Shown in pieces: positions 47,981-56,722 of a stretch of 56,722 bases of DNA. The notes under the pieces are model-generated. The model searched no databases. It was not told the DNA's origin and saw only the letters and a program-made list of their open reading frames with translations. Origin of the DNA: Armatimonadota bacterium (GTDB lineage Bacteria; Armatimonadota; JAAZEB01); assembly GCA_012512505.1 (NCBI GenBank), contig JAAZEB010000153.1:1-56722 (forward strand), in the 5' to 3' direction. The position numbers were made by a program, and so were the translations under genes. Position 1 is the stretch's first letter. Every line of letters starts with the position of its first letter.

Positions 47981-49145
47981 CCGCCGCGGGCAAGTGGCCC
48001 GCATGATCAACGGCGCGGAGGCGATGGCCATCGGCTACGACCTGGCCGGGGTGCGCCTCTCCTATAGCTACCCGATCACCCCCCAGGTGGAGGTGATGGA
48101 GGCCTTCAGCCGCAACACCCGCATCACCGCCGTGCAGGCCGACAGCGAGTACAACGTTTTGGCCGGCGCCCAGGGAGTGGCGTGGGCGGGCGAGCGCTGT
48201 GCCGTCGCCACCTCCTCCCAGGGCCTGATCCTCATGTCCGAGGTGATGTGGGAGGTGGCCGGGAACCGGCTGCCCCTGGTGATGGGCGTGTTCAACCGGG
48301 CGCTGAAAGGCCCCGGCTGGTGCCTGGGCGCCCATCAGAACGATACCCTCTTCATGCGCGATACCGGGTGGCTGCAGTTCTACTGCGAGACGGCCCAGGA
48401 AGTGCTCGACCTGCTGCTGATCGCCTTCCGCGTGGCCGAGGAGGTCTCCCTCCCGGCGATGGTCGCCGGCGATGGGTTCTACCTGTCGCACGAGACCGAA
48501 GAGGTGCTGATCCCGGAGCGACGGGAGGCGCTGGCGTTCGTCGGCGAGCGGGTTCGGCACGGCCCGCCGATGACGGATGCCCATGCCAACTATGGCGGGC
48601 TGGTGCCCCCGGCCCGCTACTTCCGCTTCTACCAGCGGCTGCACCACGACGTAGCGCGCGCCGCCACCGTCTTCGAGGCAGCAGCCGCGGAGTTCGCCGA
48701 CCGTTTCGGGCGGCGTTATACGCTCGCCGCCCCGACTGCCACGCAAGATGCCGAGTGCGTGGTCGTGAGCGCCGGCACCATCTGCGGCACCGTGCGCGAC
48801 GTGGTGGAGCGCCGCCGGGCCGCGGGCGACCGCGTTGGCCTGGTGAAGTTGCACTCGTTCCGGCCGTTCCCGGGCGCCGCGCTGGTGCAGGCCGTCGGCA
48901 GCGCCTCGCGGGTGATCGTGCTGGACCGCAACCTGGCGCCCGGCCTGGGCGGCGTCTTTGCCGCCGAGGCGCGCCTTGCCTTCCGCCGCCACCAGCACCC
49001 GGCCACCATCTACTCGATGGTGACCGGCCTGGGCGGCAGCGACGTGACCCCGGAGACGGTCGAGCGCGCCCTGGAGTTTGTCGCCAGAAGCAAGGGCACT
49101 CCCCCGGAGACGCTGTTCCTCCACGAAGGCGGCATAGAGGAGTAG
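47961..49145 (+). CDS. 2-oxoacid:acceptor oxidoreductase alpha subunit (PorA-like)
   Basis: NGAEAMA, YPITPQ, ATSSQGL, NRAL, DGFYLSH, FRPFP and GLGGSD; start 47961 or 48003. Confidence 0.9.
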   Translation: MKAAAANRRGQVARMINGAEAMAIGYDLAGVRLSYSYPITPQVEVMEAFSRNTRITAVQADSEYNVLAGAQGVAWAGERCAVATSSQGLILMSEVMWEVAGNRLPLVMGVFNRALKGPGWCLGAHQNDTLFMRDTGWLQFYCETAQEVLDLLLIAFRVAEEVSLPAMVAGDGFYLSHETEEVLIPERREALAFVGERVRHGPPMTDAHANYGGLVPPARYFRFYQRLHHDVARAATVFEAAAAEFADRFGRRYTLAAPTATQDAECVVVSAGTICGTVRDVVERRRAAGDRVGLVKLHSFRPFPGAALVQAVGSASRVIVLDRNLAPGLGGVFAAEARLAFRRHQHPATIYSMVTGLGGSDVTPETVERALEFVARSKGTPPETLFLHEGGIEE

Positions 49146-49406
49146 GAGACCGCAGGCGGCAGGAACGACAACCGGCCGCGCTTGGACGAACCCGCCTGGG
49201 AGGAACCGCCGCGCCAGACCCCGACGGTTTCCTCCAGGCTCTTCGGCCCGCCCGCAGGCTTTCCGCGGGCGGGCAGCAACCGGCGTCCTGCCCATCGGGA
49301 CGGAACATCCGCGCGGGAGCGCCGCTCTAAGGCGATGGGGGAGTGTGCGCCCCGGGCGCGGCCGGAGGAGGAGGCATCGCCTCCGGCGAGTAAGGCGGAC
49401 GATCGA

Positions 49407-50378
49407 ATGCAGAGACTGGCCAAGCAACTGGAACTGACCCCTTTCCGGGAGACTGCCTTTGCCCCCGGACACAACGCCTGCCCCGGCTGCGGCTCCACCA
49501 CGGCCCTGCGAATGGTGCTCAACGCGGTGGGCAACCGCGCCGTCTTCTTCGTGCCGGCAAGCTGTGCCAGCCTCTACTGCGCCCCTTCGGACACCAGCGC
49601 CACCGACGTGCCGGTGATCCACACGATCTTCGCCGGCGCCTTTGCCGAGGCGGAGGGGATGGCCCATGCCCTGCGGATCCAGGGGCGCGAGGAGAAGGTG
49701 GTCGTTTGGGCCGGTGATGGGTGTTGTTACGACATCGCCCTGGGCGGGCTTTCCGGCGCCGCGGCGCGCGGTGCCAACATCCTCGTGATCTGCAACGACA
49801 ACGAGGGCTACCAGAACACCGGCGGCCACGAGTCAACCGCCACGCCACCCGATGCCGCCACGCGCACCGGCCGGCGCACCGAGCGCAGCCACGGCATCCG
49901 GCGCCGCAAAGACCTGGTGGAGATCATCGCGGCGCACCACGTGCCGTACGTCGCGACGGCCTGCGCCGCCTTCCCGGAGGATCTGGAGGCCAAGGTGCGG
50001 AAGGCGGTCGCGCTCGAAGGCTTCCGCATGATCCTGCTCCTCACCCCGTGCGTGACCTGGGGCTACGACAGCCGCTTCTCCGTGAAGCTCGCCCGCCTGG
50101 CGGTGGAGACCGGTTACTTCCCCCTCTATGAGGTGGAGTGGGGCAGCCACTACCGGGTGACCCAGGAGCCGGCGATGGTGCCCCTGGAGAGGTTCACCCG
50201 CCTGCAGCGCCGCTTCAGCGGCAGCGACGTGGACCTGCTACGGGAGGAGATCGCGGCGAAGTGGGGAGATCTGCGCTTCCGCTGCAGCCGCGAGCAAGCC
50301 CCCCCACCCTCCCCGAACGCGGGAGGGCTCGGGAGTTCCTGCCTCGGCATCACGCGCCGACAGACGGGGGCATCCTGA
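49407..50378 (+). CDS. 2-oxoacid:acceptor oxidoreductase beta subunit (PorB-like, TPP-binding)
   Basis: GHNACPGCG, AGDG, DNEGYQNTGG, PYVATAC and LAVETGYFPLYE. Confidence 0.9.
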   Translation: MQRLAKQLELTPFRETAFAPGHNACPGCGSTTALRMVLNAVGNRAVFFVPASCASLYCAPSDTSATDVPVIHTIFAGAFAEAEGMAHALRIQGREEKVVVWAGDGCCYDIALGGLSGAAARGANILVICNDNEGYQNTGGHESTATPPDAATRTGRRTERSHGIRRRKDLVEIIAAHHVPYVATACAAFPEDLEAKVRKAVALEGFRMILLLTPCVTWGYDSRFSVKLARLAVETGYFPLYEVEWGSHYRVTQEPAMVPLERFTRLQRRFSGSDVDLLREEIAAKWGDLRFRCSREQAPPPSPNAGGLGSSCLGITRRQTGAS

Positions 50379-50698
50379 TGGAAGCGCGCTGCACCCTCTC
50401 CCTGGTAGAGCCCCTGACCGGCTCGCTGGAGCCGGATCAGCCCCTCTACGAGGACTGCGACCTGCTGATCGACTATACCGACGCGCTGCTGGCCGACCTC
50501 GGGCCGGTGCTGATGATGCTCTACGCCTCGTGGGCCGGCCCGCCGATCACGCGCGACGCCCTGGGCGAGCTGGCAGAGCCGGTGGTGCGCGTGCATCTGG
50601 AGCGAGCCACGCGGGAGGAGCTACTGCAGCGCGTGCGCGACGAGTATCCGGCGGTGCTTGCCCGCGCCCGCGAGCGCGTCACGGCGCTCCGATCGTAG
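50378..50698 (+). CDS. hypothetical protein (106 aa) translationally coupled to the beta subunit
   Basis: TGATG overlap at 50376-50380; GC-rich third codon positions. Confidence 0.65.
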   Translation: MEARCTLSLVEPLTGSLEPDQPLYEDCDLLIDYTDALLADLGPVLMMLYASWAGPPITRDALGELAEPVVRVHLERATREELLQRVRDEYPAVLARARERVTALRS

Positions 50699-50804
50699 GC
50701 CGGAACGACCCGCCGCCGACTAAGCGTCCCCGGTCCCACCATCGACCAGCATGGCGCGCCCTCGTTCGGAGACGCCCCGCTCGCCGGGGCAAGGAGGTTC
50801 GCCG

Positions 50805-53111
50805 CTACCGGCTCGCTCGCAACACCACCGTCTCAAGACCATCGATGTCGCCCCGGATGCGGCCGCCACGCACGCTGGGCGCGGGGCCATCCCGGAACAG
50901 CAGTTCGGCGCTCCTTGCCCGCAACGGGAGATCGAACGAGCGCTGCTTTGGGGCGGAGTTCACCACGACGACGAGACGCTCGCCCCGATGCGACCAGACA
51001 CCGGCATAGAGGCCGTCTCTTCCCTCGGAGAGCAGGGAGAAGCGGCCGTCCATCACCGCTGGCGCTATGCGGCGCATCTCGGGCACCAGCGCCTTCAGGG
51101 CATCCCACTGCTCGGGGTGCTCAGGCAGAACCCAGGTGCCGTCGGCATAGGTGTAATAGAGAATCCCCTTGGCTCCGGCCAACAGCGCCAGGTAGGTCAT
51201 CGCCCGGATCTCGGCGGGGGTGGGCGCGCGTGACTTTTCCCACGCGAATGCCTGCAGAATGCCCCATAGCGCCGTGCCCCAGCGGGATGCCTCCCGTCGC
51301 GCCCGCGACAAACTGTCGTAGACCATGCTGACCGGCGCGTTCGGGATCGGATAGGGGTCGGGCGCCAGGATGTCGGTGCCGCGCGCATAGGCCGCGTAGG
51401 CGACCGGGTTGGCGACAACAGTGTAAACGGGGTGGTCGGGATCAAGCTGCTTGAACTGGTCGTACGAGGCGGTCATCTTCGCGGGGCTGATGCCCCACAG
51501 GTCGGGCTCGTCGCCAGGATCCCAGCCCAGCACCGCCGGGTGAGAGCGGTAGCGCGCGATGACCTCCAGTGGGGGCGCGGTAAACTCAGTGACGACGTAC
51601 ACGCCGGCCTTCGCGCACTCGTCGAGGAACGAGCCGTACTCGTTCACCTCCATCGCCCGCGCATGCGCCGCATTGAAGCCGGCGGCCGCCAAGTCACGCA
51701 GCATTTCCAGCCGGTGGGGCAGCGGGCGTGACTGTGAGACGTGGTAGAACCCGAACGGGAAGAACGGCTTGCCCTCAACGAGGGTCACCCCGTCGCCGCG
51801 CAACGCCACGCGCGGCGAGTCATGCCTGAAGAAGCGCTCCGTCGCCGCCCCGACCTCACGGCCGCCGGCGCGCAGGCTCACCCGCAGCGTATGCTCGCCC
51901 CGCTGCAGCCGCCCCACCGGCAGGGAGAGAGGCAGCGCACGGCCGGACGCCGCGCACGAGCCAGCCCTGCGATCATCGATGCGGTACTCCAGGCGCAGGC
52001 CCTCCACCTCTGTGCCCAGATCGGGAAGCAGGCAGACCTCTACTTCAAGGCGCGATTGGCCAGGGTAGAGATGCCAACGCCTGAGGGTCACCCGCACCGG
52101 CGGGGGGATCTCCACCGGTGTCGGCCAGTCCAGAAGCGCCCGGCCGGACTCATCGGTTACCACGACACGGATAATCTGCTGGCCGCGCGCGGCCACCCGC
52201 AGCGGCAGCTCCAGCCGCGCCTCCTCGGCAGGGGTAACGCGCGCGGGCACGAGGGCGGGCATCTTTGCGGCGGCACCTGGCATCTCAGCTTGCACGCCGA
52301 CCTTGAGCTCGCGCGGGCCCTCGCCGACATGGCGGATGCCAAGCCTCACCTTCGTCTCACCAGGGGCCAGTTCGCCCAGATGCAGGCGGGTCACCTCCAG
52401 GTCATGCCGCGCGGCCTGGGCATACAGCGCCAGGTTCTCCAGCATGGCCCGCGCCAGTGCCTGGCCCTGGGGATCCTTCAGGGAGTAGTAGCTGGTAGCA
52501 ACGAGGAGCCCTCGCCCGACACGCCGGGTGAGCCAGAGGCTCTTGCCATCTCTGCAGGTGACGTGGGACTGCCAACCTTCGGGCCAGGAGTCCAGGTGAG
52601 CCCAGAGGTTCTCGCGAGCACGCAGCAGTGGGGCGAGGTCGTTGGGGACCGTCATTAGCGGGCCGCCGTCAACCGTGACAGCGCGGGCCTCGGGGTTCTG
52701 TTTGGACGCAGCAGCGCAGACGGCCGAAGCGAGCTGGTAGGCGTCCCCCAGTGTGTTCACCCACATGCTAAGGACGCTTGGGTAGCTGGCGTCAGTTACG
52801 AGGAGGACGCCACCGCCCTCGAGGTAAGCGAGCCACTGCGCGCGGAAGGCCGCCATGTCTTGCGGGCTCTCGTAGTTGCCCGTGGATGCAGAGATAACGA
52901 GGTCGAAGTCCTTCAGGCGAGCGGCAAGCTGTGCCGCCGCCGTGTTCTCGAAGCCCTCGTAGCGCCAGCCGAGGGCCGAGAGGGGAGCCTCGTACTCGCT
53001 GCGGAAGCTGTAGCCGCTGAAGGCGCTGTATACGACGGCAACCCGGGGCGTCGGCGTCGCCGGCGCGGTGGCTCCAAGCAGGGCAAGCAGCAAGGGTGTA
53101 GCGGTTTGCAT
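50805..53111 (-). CDS. large secreted protein with C-terminal glycoside hydrolase-like domain
   Basis: signal peptide; EGKPFFPFGFY, AGFN, HPAVLGWDPGDEP, DPDHP, DPYPI, LQAF and GAKGILYY. Confidence 0.75.
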   Translation of the reverse strand: MQTATPLLLALLGATAPATPTPRVAVVYSAFSGYSFRSEYEAPLSALGWRYEGFENTAAAQLAARLKDFDLVISASTGNYESPQDMAAFRAQWLAYLEGGGVLLVTDASYPSVLSMWVNTLGDAYQLASAVCAAASKQNPEARAVTVDGGPLMTVPNDLAPLLRARENLWAHLDSWPEGWQSHVTCRDGKSLWLTRRVGRGLLVATSYYSLKDPQGQALARAMLENLALYAQAARHDLEVTRLHLGELAPGETKVRLGIRHVGEGPRELKVGVQAEMPGAAAKMPALVPARVTPAEEARLELPLRVAARGQQIIRVVVTDESGRALLDWPTPVEIPPPVRVTLRRWHLYPGQSRLEVEVCLLPDLGTEVEGLRLEYRIDDRRAGSCAASGRALPLSLPVGRLQRGEHTLRVSLRAGGREVGAATERFFRHDSPRVALRGDGVTLVEGKPFFPFGFYHVSQSRPLPHRLEMLRDLAAAGFNAAHARAMEVNEYGSFLDECAKAGVYVVTEFTAPPLEVIARYRSHPAVLGWDPGDEPDLWGISPAKMTASYDQFKQLDPDHPVYTVVANPVAYAAYARGTDILAPDPYPIPNAPVSMVYDSLSRARREASRWGTALWGILQAFAWEKSRAPTPAEIRAMTYLALLAGAKGILYYTYADGTWVLPEHPEQWDALKALVPEMRRIAPAVMDGRFSLLSEGRDGLYAGVWSHRGERLVVVVNSAPKQRSFDLPLRARSAELLFRDGPAPSVRGGRIRGDIDGLETVVLRASR

Positions 53112-53357
53112 GCCGTCCTCCCGGCCCCCGGTTCACCGCGAGGAGCGGGATCTCCTTCGCCCGCAGCCCCGCGTGGAGCGCCGTGGCCGCCCGTGCCCTG
53201 CCATGGCGTCCGAGTGCTCGGCGGACTCCGTGCCGGCGCTGACAGGGGAGAAGTGCGAGGTCCGCGTGGGGAAGGCCAGAAGGGGTCAGCGTGCCGGGAT
53301 CCGCCAGGTAGGACTCCCACGCTCGCTGCCGAATGCAGGGTACCGGAGGAGGCCACC

Positions 53358-53891
53358 TTGCCGTACCTCGCGGTGCTGGCGGCGCTTGCTGGTCTTGCCG
53401 GCAGCCTTGCCCCGCGGCACTATCACGAACCGATCCTATGGAGCACCGAATCGCTGGCAGGCGCTGCCGTCGTCAACGACCTGCAGGCTGCCGCCTTGCG
53501 GGCCGCCGATGCGCTCCTCGGCGCCCCCTACCACTACGCCGGAGCCGGGCCGGGGCGCTGTCCCACCGGCGAGCATCCGGTGTGCACCGATTGCTCCGGG
53601 CTCGTGTCCTTTGCCTATGCGGCCGCCGGCGTGCCGCTGCCACACTCCTCGGCAGCGCTGGCGAACGTCGGCGAGGCGGTGCCGCGAGCGCAGTTGGCAC
53701 CCGGCGACATTCTACTCTTCCGCTCGGACGGCAGCGAGAGCGGCCCGATCAACCACAGCGGCATCTACGTGGGCAACGGCCTCTTCATCCACGCGGGCAA
53801 TCGAGGCGTTCGCCTCGATGACCTGGAGGGCCCTTACTGGGGCGACGCGCACCGCCCGCGCCTGCGCGCGATCCGCCGGATCTCGCGGTAG
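53358..53891 (+). CDS. NlpC/P60 (C40) cell-wall peptidase
   Basis: GGAGGAGG RBS plus TTG; LLGAPYHYAG, DCSGLV, PGDILLF, HSGIYVG and FIHA. Confidence 0.9.
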   Translation: MPYLAVLAALAGLAGSLAPRHYHEPILWSTESLAGAAVVNDLQAAALRAADALLGAPYHYAGAGPGRCPTGEHPVCTDCSGLVSFAYAAAGVPLPHSSAALANVGEAVPRAQLAPGDILLFRSDGSESGPINHSGIYVGNGLFIHAGNRGVRLDDLEGPYWGDAHRPRLRAIRRISR

Positions 53892-54007
53892 CCTGGGCTT
53901 CGCCGGTGGGGCTGGGAGATGCAGGCGCCGCTTCACCGCAAGCACGGCTGGTCGTGGGCACAACCGCCCGCGCCGCCGTTGGCGGACACCGGCACGAGGC
54001 AACGATC

Positions 54008-56281
54008 ATGGAGCTGAGTTGGGAGGCGCCGCAAAGCGGCGGCGACCTCGCTTGCGGGCACCTGGAGCGCCTGGCCGAGCTGCTGGAGCGCGCGGTACGC
54101 GATGGGGAGGTTCCCGGTGCCGTCGCGCTCGTGGCACGGCACGGACACGTCCTGTTCCACCAGGCATTTGGCTGGGCGCAGCAGGTACCAGAGCGGGAGC
54201 CGATGCGCCTGGAGACACGCTTCGATGTGGCGTCGCTCACCAAGGTGGTGGCAACGACGCCGGCGATCCTGCTCCTGGTGGAGGAGGGCGTCTTGCGCCT
54301 TCAGGACCGGGTGGTGCACCACCTCCCCGAGTTCGCCGCGGACGAGGCAGCCGGCGAGCGAGAGCGGGTGGAGCTGCGCCACCTCCTGACGCACTGCTCC
54401 GGGCTGCCGGCCTGGCGGCCCTTCTACACGGCGGGGGAGTCGCTGTCGGAGCGGATGGCGGCCCTCTACGCTACGCCCTTGGTACACCCGGTCGGGCGCC
54501 ACTTCGTCTACAGCGACGTCGGATTCCTGCTGCTGGGGGAGATCGTGCGCCGTGCTGCCGGCATGCCCCTGGACGAGTTCTGCCGCCGGCGGCTCTTTGA
54601 GCCGCTGGGAATGCACAACACCGGTTTCTGCCCACCGCCCGGAGATGCTGCCCGCTGCGCCGCCACTGAGATCTACGACGGCGTGGTCACCCGCGGCCGG
54701 GTCCACGACGAGAACGCGGCCGCGCTGGGCGGGGTGTGCGGGCATGCCGGCCTCTTCTCCACGGCGGCCGACCTGGCCCGTTACTGTCAGATGCTGCTGA
54801 ACGGCGGTGAGTACGGCGGAAAGCGCCTCCTCAGCCCCTTAAGCGTGCGCTTGATGCTGTCGCCGCAGTCGCCCTGCCTGGGCAGCGCGCGCGGGCTTGG
54901 CTTTGACCTCCACTCTGCCTATGCCTCCATCCGTGGTGACCTGCTGCCGACCGGTTCGGGCGGGCACAGTGGGTTTACCGGCACCTCGCTTTGGATTGAC
55001 CGCGACCTGGGGCTGTTCATCGTGCTGCTGACGAACGCGGTGCATCCCGACCGGGGCCGAACCGCCGTGCGCTTGCGCTCGCGGGTGAGCAACGTGGTGG
55101 CGGCGACGCTGGAACCGGCAGCGGCGGCCGTGCCGGACCGCGTGCGTGAGCCGATGCGGGTGGTGCCGGGCGCCGACGTGCTCCGTGAGGAGGCTTGCCG
55201 CCGGCTCCGCGGCCAGGCGGTCGGGTTGATCACCAACCACACCGGCCGCTGCGCGGATGGCACCCCAACGCTGGAGGTGCTGCGGCAGCATGGTATTGCG
55301 GTGCGGGCGCTCTTCAGCCCAGAGCATGGCCTGGCCGGCGTCCTGGACGAGGCGGTAGCCTCCGGGTATGATAAGCGCACCGGCCTGCCGATCCACAGCC
55401 TCTACGGCGAGACGAAAAGCCCACAGCCGGAGTGGCTTGCGGGCCTGGACACGCTCGTCTTCGACATCCAGGACATTGGCGCGCGCTTCTACACCTACAT
55501 CACCACGATGGGCCTCTGCATGGGGGCCGCCGCCGCCCACGGCCTGCGCTTCGTCGTGCTCGACCGCCCCAACCCGATCACCGGCGGCCACATCGAGGGG
55601 CCACGGCTGGATCTGCGCTTCCAGAACTTTGCCGGCTACTACCCGATCCCGGTGCGCCATGGGATGACCGTGGGCGAACTAGCCCAGTGGATCCGCCAGG
55701 AGCGCGGCATCGGCTGCGAGCTGGAGGTGGTGCCGGCCTACGGATGGCGGCGCTCGCTGTGGTGGGACGGAACGGGCCTGGAGTGGGTGAACCCCTCGCC
55801 GGCGATGCGGTCGCTCACCGCGGCGACACTCTATCCCGGGCTGTGCTGCCTGGAGAACAGCAACCTCTCGGTTGGCCGGGGCACCGGCACGCCGTTCGAG
55901 GTGATCGGCGCGCCCTGGCTGGACGCACGCCGGGTGGCCGCCGAGATGAACGCGAAGGAGCTACCGGGCATCCGCTTCGTGCCGATCCACTTCACCCCGG
56001 AGCTGCGCATCTACCAGGGCGAGCGCTGCGGCGGCCTGCACTGCCTGATCACCGACCGCGAGGCGCTGCGGCCGGTAGCCATGGCGATCCACCTGGCCGA
56101 GGTGCTCCGCCGCGTCCATACCACGGCGTTCACCTTCGACAAGATGGACACCCTCGTCGGCACCGACCGCGTCCGCCTCCTCCTGGAGCAGTTCGCGCCC
56201 GCCGAGGTAATCACCGCCGAGTGGGTCAAGGACGAGCAAGACTTCGCCGCGGAGCGCGCGGCCTATCTGCTGTACGACTGA
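54008..56281 (+). CDS. serine hydrolase (beta-lactamase/AmiE-like) fused to exo-beta-N-acetylmuramidase NamZ (DUF1343)
   Basis: ASLTK (SxxK), LLTHCSG, YSD, HDENA and GHSGFTG; then GLITNHTG, FSPEHG, FDIQDIGARFYTY, LDRPNP and RHGMT. Confidence 0.9.
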   Translation: MELSWEAPQSGGDLACGHLERLAELLERAVRDGEVPGAVALVARHGHVLFHQAFGWAQQVPEREPMRLETRFDVASLTKVVATTPAILLLVEEGVLRLQDRVVHHLPEFAADEAAGERERVELRHLLTHCSGLPAWRPFYTAGESLSERMAALYATPLVHPVGRHFVYSDVGFLLLGEIVRRAAGMPLDEFCRRRLFEPLGMHNTGFCPPPGDAARCAATEIYDGVVTRGRVHDENAAALGGVCGHAGLFSTAADLARYCQMLLNGGEYGGKRLLSPLSVRLMLSPQSPCLGSARGLGFDLHSAYASIRGDLLPTGSGGHSGFTGTSLWIDRDLGLFIVLLTNAVHPDRGRTAVRLRSRVSNVVAATLEPAAAAVPDRVREPMRVVPGADVLREEACRRLRGQAVGLITNHTGRCADGTPTLEVLRQHGIAVRALFSPEHGLAGVLDEAVASGYDKRTGLPIHSLYGETKSPQPEWLAGLDTLVFDIQDIGARFYTYITTMGLCMGAAAAHGLRFVVLDRPNPITGGHIEGPRLDLRFQNFAGYYPIPVRHGMTVGELAQWIRQERGIGCELEVVPAYGWRRSLWWDGTGLEWVNPSPAMRSLTAATLYPGLCCLENSNLSVGRGTGTPFEVIGAPWLDARRVAAEMNAKELPGIRFVPIHFTPELRIYQGERCGGLHCLITDREALRPVAMAIHLAEVLRRVHTTAFTFDKMDTLVGTDRVRLLLEQFAPAEVITAEWVKDEQDFAAERAAYLLYD

Positions 56282-56300
56282 GCCGGCGGGCGAGGCCCCC

Positions 56301-56722
56301 TCACGCCGCGGCGAACACGTCCTCGAGGCGCTCGGCCGTCATCGCGCGCACACCCCACGCCACGAGCGTCTCGGGATCTGCCTCGGCCAGGCGCTGGCGT
56401 GTCGCCTCGTCCAATGGGCCAAACTTGGCCTCCAACTGCGCGGCGAGCAGCGCTACCCGGCCCTGCACCAGGCCTTCCTGCCGGCCCTTCGCTATCGCCC
56501 GTCTCTCGAAGCTGCTAACGTAAGGCACCGTTCCCTCCTTCGCTTCGCGCTCCAACTCCTCGTCAAAACTCAACTGCAGCTCCGCCGGGAGCGCGACCAA
56601 CCAGTCGACCAGCCGGAACAGCTCCTCACGCTGCTCCTGGCTCAGTCCCAGGTCGCGTAGCCGCCGCACCGCATATCGCTTCCCCGAAAGCCGCCGGTGG
56701 GGGTCTTTCGCCGTCTCCAGGA
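56301..56722 (-). CDS. C-terminal part of an Rpn-like/DUF4351 family protein (5' end outside the window)
   Basis: frame is open to the window edge; LFRLVDWLVALP, PYVSSFER, KGRQEG, LEAKFGPL and LEDVF. Confidence 0.8.
   Translation of the reverse strand, partial: LETAKDPHRRLSGKRYAVRRLRDLGLSQEQREELFRLVDWLVALPAELQLSFDEELEREAKEGTVPYVSSFERRAIAKGRQEGLVQGRVALLAAQLEAKFGPLDEATRQRLAEADPETLVAWGVRAMTAERLEDVFAAA

Noticed and set aside
49182-49406. Hidden gamma subunit or N-terminal extension between the alpha and beta genes
   Set aside because: The frame encodes low-complexity Pro/Arg-rich sequence without the GxGGQG gamma motif and is far too short.
56301-56722. Active insertion sequence at the right edge
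   Set aside because: Only the C-terminus of an Rpn-like/DUF4351 protein is visible; there are no terminal inverted repeats or target duplication.

Overview
GC-rich bacterial chromosomal window, densely coding (about 45 CDS). KdsA and an Omp85 barrel indicate a diderm cell. Together with SpoVS and DUF6785/DUF4838-like genes they suggest Armatimonadota or a related lineage (inference only). Housekeeping and accessory genes include hemL, a GHMP kinase, RsbW- and RsbU-like regulators, a flippase, P-II, glnE, kdsA, smc, spoVS, an MgtE-like protein, nfeD/SPFH, NlpC/P60 and a serine hydrolase-NamZ fusion. The main system is a compact bacterial microcompartment operon (minus strand, 38070-43442): class II aldolase, 3 BMC-H, PduL, a flavoprotein-like protein, 1 BMC-P and a CoA-acylating aldehyde dehydrogenase. 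All four enzymes carry encapsulation-peptide-like helices, and the locus has no alcohol dehydrogenase, acid kinase or BMC-T. Divergent from it are a DUF4838-like glycan-active protein and a 2-oxoacid oxidoreductase with no gamma subunit, whose delta subunit is fused around a GltD-like flavoenzyme. Non-coding signals are a two-hairpin REP/BIME-like repeat family at four sites (one inside the BMC operon), several SigB/SigF-type promoter motifs upstream of stress-type genes, and a candidate structured RNA upstream of spoVS. All assignments come from motif recognition by eye; no database searches were run.
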